This document shows positions 60,143 through 64,000 of a stretch of 64,000 nt of DNA, piece after piece (position 1 is the stretch's first letter; each line of letters starts with the position of its first letter). Below the pieces are notes generated by a model. That model saw only the letters and a program-made list of their open reading frames with translations. It ran no database searches and was not told the origin of the DNA. A program made the translations under genes and the position numbers. The stretch comes from Pseudomonadota bacterium (GTDB taxonomy: Bacteria > Campylobacterota > Campylobacteria > Campylobacterales > Sulfurimonadaceae), in NCBI GenBank assembly GCA_043797085.1, contig JAZDQA010000001.1, forward strand, positions 32,001 to 96,000, written 5' to 3'.

Positions 60143-60654
60143 CATTGGGGATCGAATTAGTCCTAATTGCGCTGGCTGCTTTGGTTCTTGGGCTTATTTA
60201 TTATTCGGTGACCAAAGAAAACGAGACCAGTAGCCGTCTTCGTGCCATTGTACACGCCGTCGAAGAGTTGCACCGAGAAGTATATAAAATAGATAAACGC
60301 CTCACTGCGGAGATGGAGATTCTCACATCCCTACAAGAAAGTGCGCCCGAAACATCCCAAAGAGCATACGAGCAGCGCGGTCATGATATGAATGAGCTCT
60401 CCGTACCGATTATGGAGTCATTAGGACACATCGAGGGGGCATTTGGAGCCTACAAAGAGAAAACAGAAAACCGTCTGCGCTATTTGGAAGAGCGTATTCG
60501 TAACTTATCACTGCCAACATCCATAAGCGGTTTGGATGATGAAAAAGTGATTAGCCGTTATAACCAAGGGTTAGAAGTAGATATGATTGCAAAAGAGTTG
60601 CGATTGTCAAAAGCAGAAGTAGAATTTGTACTAAAGATAAATCAACTGAGATAG
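60139..60654 (+). CDS. Membrane-anchored coiled-coil protein with a C-terminal HTH-like motif (DUF6115-like)
   Basis: N-terminal TM helix; IAKELRLSKAEVEFVLK. Confidence 0.7.
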   Translation: MTLGIELVLIALAALVLGLIYYSVTKENETSSRLRAIVHAVEELHREVYKIDKRLTAEMEILTSLQESAPETSQRAYEQRGHDMNELSVPIMESLGHIEGAFGAYKEKTENRLRYLEERIRNLSLPTSISGLDDEKVISRYNQGLEVDMIAKELRLSKAEVEFVLKINQLR

Positions 60655-60712
60655 TATTTTATTGAATTTGATTTATTAAATTGAAAGTAAGTTGTGAGGA
60701 GAATCTATAAAA

Positions 60713-60789
60713 TGGTGCGCCCGAAGGAATTCGAATCCCTGACCGCCGGTACCGCAAACCGGTGCTCTATCCAGCTGAGCTACGGACGC
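60713..60789 (-). tRNA. tRNA-Arg(GCG)
   Basis: Minus strand GCGTCCG..CCGGT-TTGCGGT-ACCGG..TTCGAAT..CGGGCGC-ACCA; 77 nt. Confidence 0.93.
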
Positions 60790-60845
60790 ACATTAAAGAG
60801 AACGAAATTATAGCCCATAAAGCTTAAAGGCTATTTAAACGCACT

Positions 60846-61175
60846 TTAGTCTTTATTCTTTCGTGCGGCAACGTCTTTTAAGAAGCTTTCCAAGTCGTAT
60901 TTAAGACGGTATTGTGGAGTTAAAATATGGATAAGAATATCACCCAAATCAATAGCAACCCAATCGCCGCTTTCGTCAACGTACAAAAACTGTTCTTCAG
61001 GTTTAAGTCCTCTTTTGAGGTGATCAAGTAACGCGATGGTATGACGCTCCCCTAATGATGATGCAAGGACAACATAGTCAGCGAAATAGTCACTGCCGAT
61101 GAGTTCAAATACTTCGATGTTTTCTGCTTTGTTCATATCGAGAATAGAACTGATTTTTTCAATTCGTGGGTTCAT
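60846..61175 (-). CDS. rsfS: Ribosome silencing factor (Iojap)
   Basis: KAENI, W..IDLGDI.IHI and R..YDLE motifs; follows nadD. Confidence 0.92.
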   Translation of the reverse strand: MNPRIEKISSILDMNKAENIEVFELIGSDYFADYVVLASSLGERHTIALLDHLKRGLKPEEQFLYVDESGDWVAIDLGDILIHILTPQYRLKYDLESFLKDVAARKNKD

Positions 61176-61704
61176 AATGTTCCTTATAGTATGTTGTAAT
61201 GTCATTTTCGATTTCCTCATCCAGTCCAAGAGAACCAAACGAGTGGCGAAAATCGGTTGAACTAACCCCCTCATTTACAGGGAGGGTGATCATTTCGTTG
61301 GGAATGGGTATTCCGTCTCGAGAGGCTACGACAAACGTCACCATCGTGCGCAGTGTGTCAATATCGCGCCACTCTTGGAGCGTTACTAAATTATCGGCTC
61401 CGATGATTACATAGAGCTTGTCACATGTTTTCGCGTAATGACGTACGGTTTCAATCGTATAAACGCTTCTGTGTTGGTCAATCTCAAATGAGCTTATCTC
61501 AATTTTTGGAGTTGATACAAATATCTTTTGTAACCAACGTAACCGCTGTATACCATCGGCACTCACGGAGGGCTTAAACGGGTTTTTAAATGCCGGAACG
61601 ATAATAAGCTTATCAATCTCCAGTATTTCAAGTGCTTTAAGTGCTACACGTACATGCCCGATATGAGGTGGATCGAAACTACCGCCATACAGAGCAATGT
61701 TCAT
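61159..61704 (-). CDS. nadD: Nicotinate-nucleotide adenylyltransferase
   Basis: GGSFDPPHIGH, NPFK, IIGADN and SST motifs. Confidence 0.95.
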   Translation of the reverse strand: MNIALYGGSFDPPHIGHVRVALKALEILEIDKLIIVPAFKNPFKPSVSADGIQRLRWLQKIFVSTPKIEISSFEIDQHRSVYTIETVRHYAKTCDKLYVIIGADNLVTLQEWRDIDTLRTMVTFVVASRDGIPIPNEMITLPVNEGVSSTDFRHSFGSLGLDEEIENDITTYYKEHYEPTN

Positions 61705-61781
61705 CTATAACTTCTTTTAAACGAAATTATAACCGATTTTTGGTAAAATCCTCTTATTATGATAACAAGGGAAATAGTTTT

Positions 61782-62795
61782 ATGGCGTTAAAAATCGCTA
61801 TCAATGGATTCGGTCGAATAGGACGCTGTGTAACTCGCCTTATTGCCGGACGTGAGGATGTGGAATTGGTTGCCATTAATGACATGGCATCCATAGAAAT
61901 GATGTGCTATCTTTTACAAAATGATTCCGTGCATGGGCAATTTAATGCAGTTTCTGTCATCGACACACAGTATCTCAAAATTGGTTCGGATAAGGTTCGT
62001 GTATTTTGTGAAAAAAATCCGGAAAATCTTGATTTTGGAGCATGCGGTGCTGATGTGGTTTTGGAGTGCAGCGGATTATTTTTGACGGGTGAAGCAACGC
62101 GTCATCATTTGGGCAAAGGGGTCAAAAAAGTGATTCTCTCTGCCCCTACTCAAGATGCGCAAATCCCCACGTTTGTATTGGGTGTAAACGAACATTTGTA
62201 CCAAGGTGAGGATATAATTTCCAATGCTTCGTGTACAACGAACTGTTTAGGACCGATTGCTCGGATTTTAGACGAAGAGCTGGGCATTGAAAAAGGGTTG
62301 ATGACGACGATTCATGCGTATACAAACGGACAAGCGATCATCGATACGGCACACGCGCAAGACAAGCGCCGTTCTCGCGCAGCAGGGGTCAATATGGTTC
62401 CCACAACGACGGGTGCGGCAAAAGCGATTAGTTTGGTTCTCCCAAATTTAGAAGGAAAACTGCACGGTCAAAGTGTTCGTGTTCCTACGCCGGATGTGTC
62501 GATGGTGGATTTGAATGTAGTTGTTTCAAAAAAAACGACGAAAGAAGAGATCAGTGCTCTTTTCAAATCGTATGCCAACGGTTCAATGCGCGGGATTTTA
62601 GAAATTGATGAGCGGTATCGTGTGTCGCAGGATTTTGTAGGATCATCTTTTAGTGCTACAGTTGCAGATGATTTGATCCAAGTCATCGACGGAGATTTGA
62701 TCAAGATTATGGCATGGTACGATAACGAATGGGGATATTCGAATCGATTGATTGATATGGCATTGTATATTACCAACACCAAAGGAGTAAAATGA
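61782..62795 (+). CDS. gap: Glyceraldehyde-3-phosphate dehydrogenase, type I
   Basis: [19 protein letters not shown] and WYDNEWGY motifs; ATG 61782. Confidence 0.97.
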   Translation: MALKIAINGFGRIGRCVTRLIAGREDVELVAINDMASIEMMCYLLQNDSVHGQFNAVSVIDTQYLKIGSDKVRVFCEKNPENLDFGACGADVVLECSGLFLTGEATRHHLGKGVKKVILSAPTQDAQIPTFVLGVNEHLYQGEDIISNASCTTNCLGPIARILDEELGIEKGLMTTIHAYTNGQAIIDTAHAQDKRRSRAAGVNMVPTTTGAAKAISLVLPNLEGKLHGQSVRVPTPDVSMVDLNVVVSKKTTKEEISALFKSYANGSMRGILEIDERYRVSQDFVGSSFSATVADDLIQVIDGDLIKIMAWYDNEWGYSNRLIDMALYITNTKGVK

Positions 62796-63985
62796 AACTG
62801 TTAAGCATAAAAGAGTGTGACGTATTTCAGAAAAAAGTATTTATTCGTTGTGATTTTAACGTCCCTATGGACGATTTTGGCAATATTACGGACGATCGCC
62901 GTATCCGTTCAGCGGTTTCAACGATCAAATATTGTCTCGATCAAGAGTGCGCGATTATTTTAGCGTCCCATTTTGGTCGTCCAAAAGCGGGTGTGTTTAG
63001 TCCGGAAGATTCTCTCTCGCCTGTAGCACGAAGACTTCATCAATTGCTGAAAGTGGATGTTGTATTAGCATCTGATGTCATTGGAGAGGATGCAAAAACA
63101 CGTGCTTCCAATCTCGCTTGCGGAGAAGTATTATTACTTGAAAATCTTCGATTTGAAGCAGGAGAAACCAAAAATGATCCTGAGTTGAGTGCTTCATTGG
63201 CTGCATTAGCTGAGGTATATATCAATGATGCCTTTGGTGTCAGTCATCGTGCTCATGCTTCAGTGGCAGGAATAACGGAGCATTTTGACAATGCGCACAA
63301 AGCAGCAGGATTTTTACTTCTCAAAGAAATTGAATTTTTTGATACGTTGCTAGAGCATCCGGTTCGTCCTTTTGCCGCTATAGTGGGAGGTTCTAAGGTT
63401 TCGGGAAAACTTGAAGCATTAGTCAATCTTTTACCGCGTGTGGATAAAATTTTGATCGGCGGCGGGATGGCGTTTACCTTTTTAAAAGCCTTGGGATACA
63501 ACATCGGGAATTCTCTGGTCGAAGATGATTTGCTCGGTGAAGCAGAAAAAATCATGCTTGAAGCAAAACGTTTGGGTGTTAAGTTTTATTTGCCGGTTGA
63601 CGTTTTGGCGGCAGAAAAGTTCAGTGCGGATTCTCATGTACGGATGGTAAGTGCGCAAGAAATTCCAGATGGCTGGATGGGGCTTGATATCGGGTATGCT
63701 ACGGTAGAGTTGTACCGTGTCGTGCTTGAAGATGTTGAAACCGTATTGTGGAATGGTCCTATGGGCGTATTCGAGATCGAAAAATTTGCCAAGGGATCGA
63801 ATCGCATAGCGCATATCGTAGCAGAAATGAACGCAACGACCGTCGTTGGCGGTGGAGATACAGCGGATCTGGTACAGCGTGTGGGCGTGGATGAAGAGAT
63901 GAGTTTTATCTCGACAGGCGGCGGTGCGTCACTGGAACTATTAGAGGGTAAAGTGCTCCCGGGCGTAAAACCTTTGATGAAATAA
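62792..63985 (+). CDS. pgk: Phosphoglycerate kinase
   Basis: DFNVP, SHFGRP, LLENLRF, NDAFG..HRAH and STGGGASLE motifs. Confidence 0.97.
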   Translation: MKLLSIKECDVFQKKVFIRCDFNVPMDDFGNITDDRRIRSAVSTIKYCLDQECAIILASHFGRPKAGVFSPEDSLSPVARRLHQLLKVDVVLASDVIGEDAKTRASNLACGEVLLLENLRFEAGETKNDPELSASLAALAEVYINDAFGVSHRAHASVAGITEHFDNAHKAAGFLLLKEIEFFDTLLEHPVRPFAAIVGGSKVSGKLEALVNLLPRVDKILIGGGMAFTFLKALGYNIGNSLVEDDLLGEAEKIMLEAKRLGVKFYLPVDVLAAEKFSADSHVRMVSAQEIPDGWMGLDIGYATVELYRVVLEDVETVLWNGPMGVFEIEKFAKGSNRIAHIVAEMNATTVVGGGDTADLVQRVGVDEEMSFISTGGGASLELLEGKVLPGVKPLMK

Positions 63986-64000
63986 AAGGATAGTGTCATG

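Noticed and set aside
1..64000. CRISPR array, integrase, transposase or prophage genes
   Set aside because: I saw no regularly spaced repeat-spacer series and no ORF with recombinase, transposase or phage motifs.
63998..64000. ATG after an AAGGA RBS, probably the start of tpiA
   Set aside because: Only the start codon is in the window, so the identity rests on the usual gap-pgk-tpi order alone.

Overview
This is a core-genome region of a Campylobacterota (epsilonproteobacterial) chromosome. It looks like a free-living Sulfuricurvum/Sulfurimonas-type organism, inferred from gene order, the epsilon-type complex I, mqnP, pflA and tRNA-Arg(GCG). Most of the window is housekeeping: trxA-trxB-dapB-purF, hisIE, ilvE, rpsB-tsf-ABC-fliR-acidic protein-gmk-tatA-argS, nfo, the nuo operon plus pflA, miaA/mqnP, rsfS-nadD and gap-pgk, with two tRNA-Arg genes. 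Five things stand out. (1) The complex I operon has no NuoE/NuoF. It instead encodes a 76-aa epsilon-type subunit, a 678-aa SfrB/GltD-like NADP(H)-type Fe-S flavoprotein and two tandem NuoG paralogues, which suggests an NADP(H)-linked or dual-input complex I. (2) An ~83-nt three-hairpin element occurs twice, after the SPFH gene and after tsf, and the two copies differ by six compensatory base-pair swaps. (3) Two unrelated palindromic repeats each carry an 18-nt TACCC..GGG mini-hairpin inserted in their loop. (4) A 1.95-kb islet without an integrase (lipoprotein plus secreted GHSQG hydrolase) sits in the 3' end of aguB, flanked by a 103-bp direct repeat. (5) Small accessory modules are present: MNT-HEPN, DUF4258/YgiT zinc finger with a RhuM remnant, and a catalytically dead NucT/PLD homologue. 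All calls come from motif recognition by eye; no searches were run.
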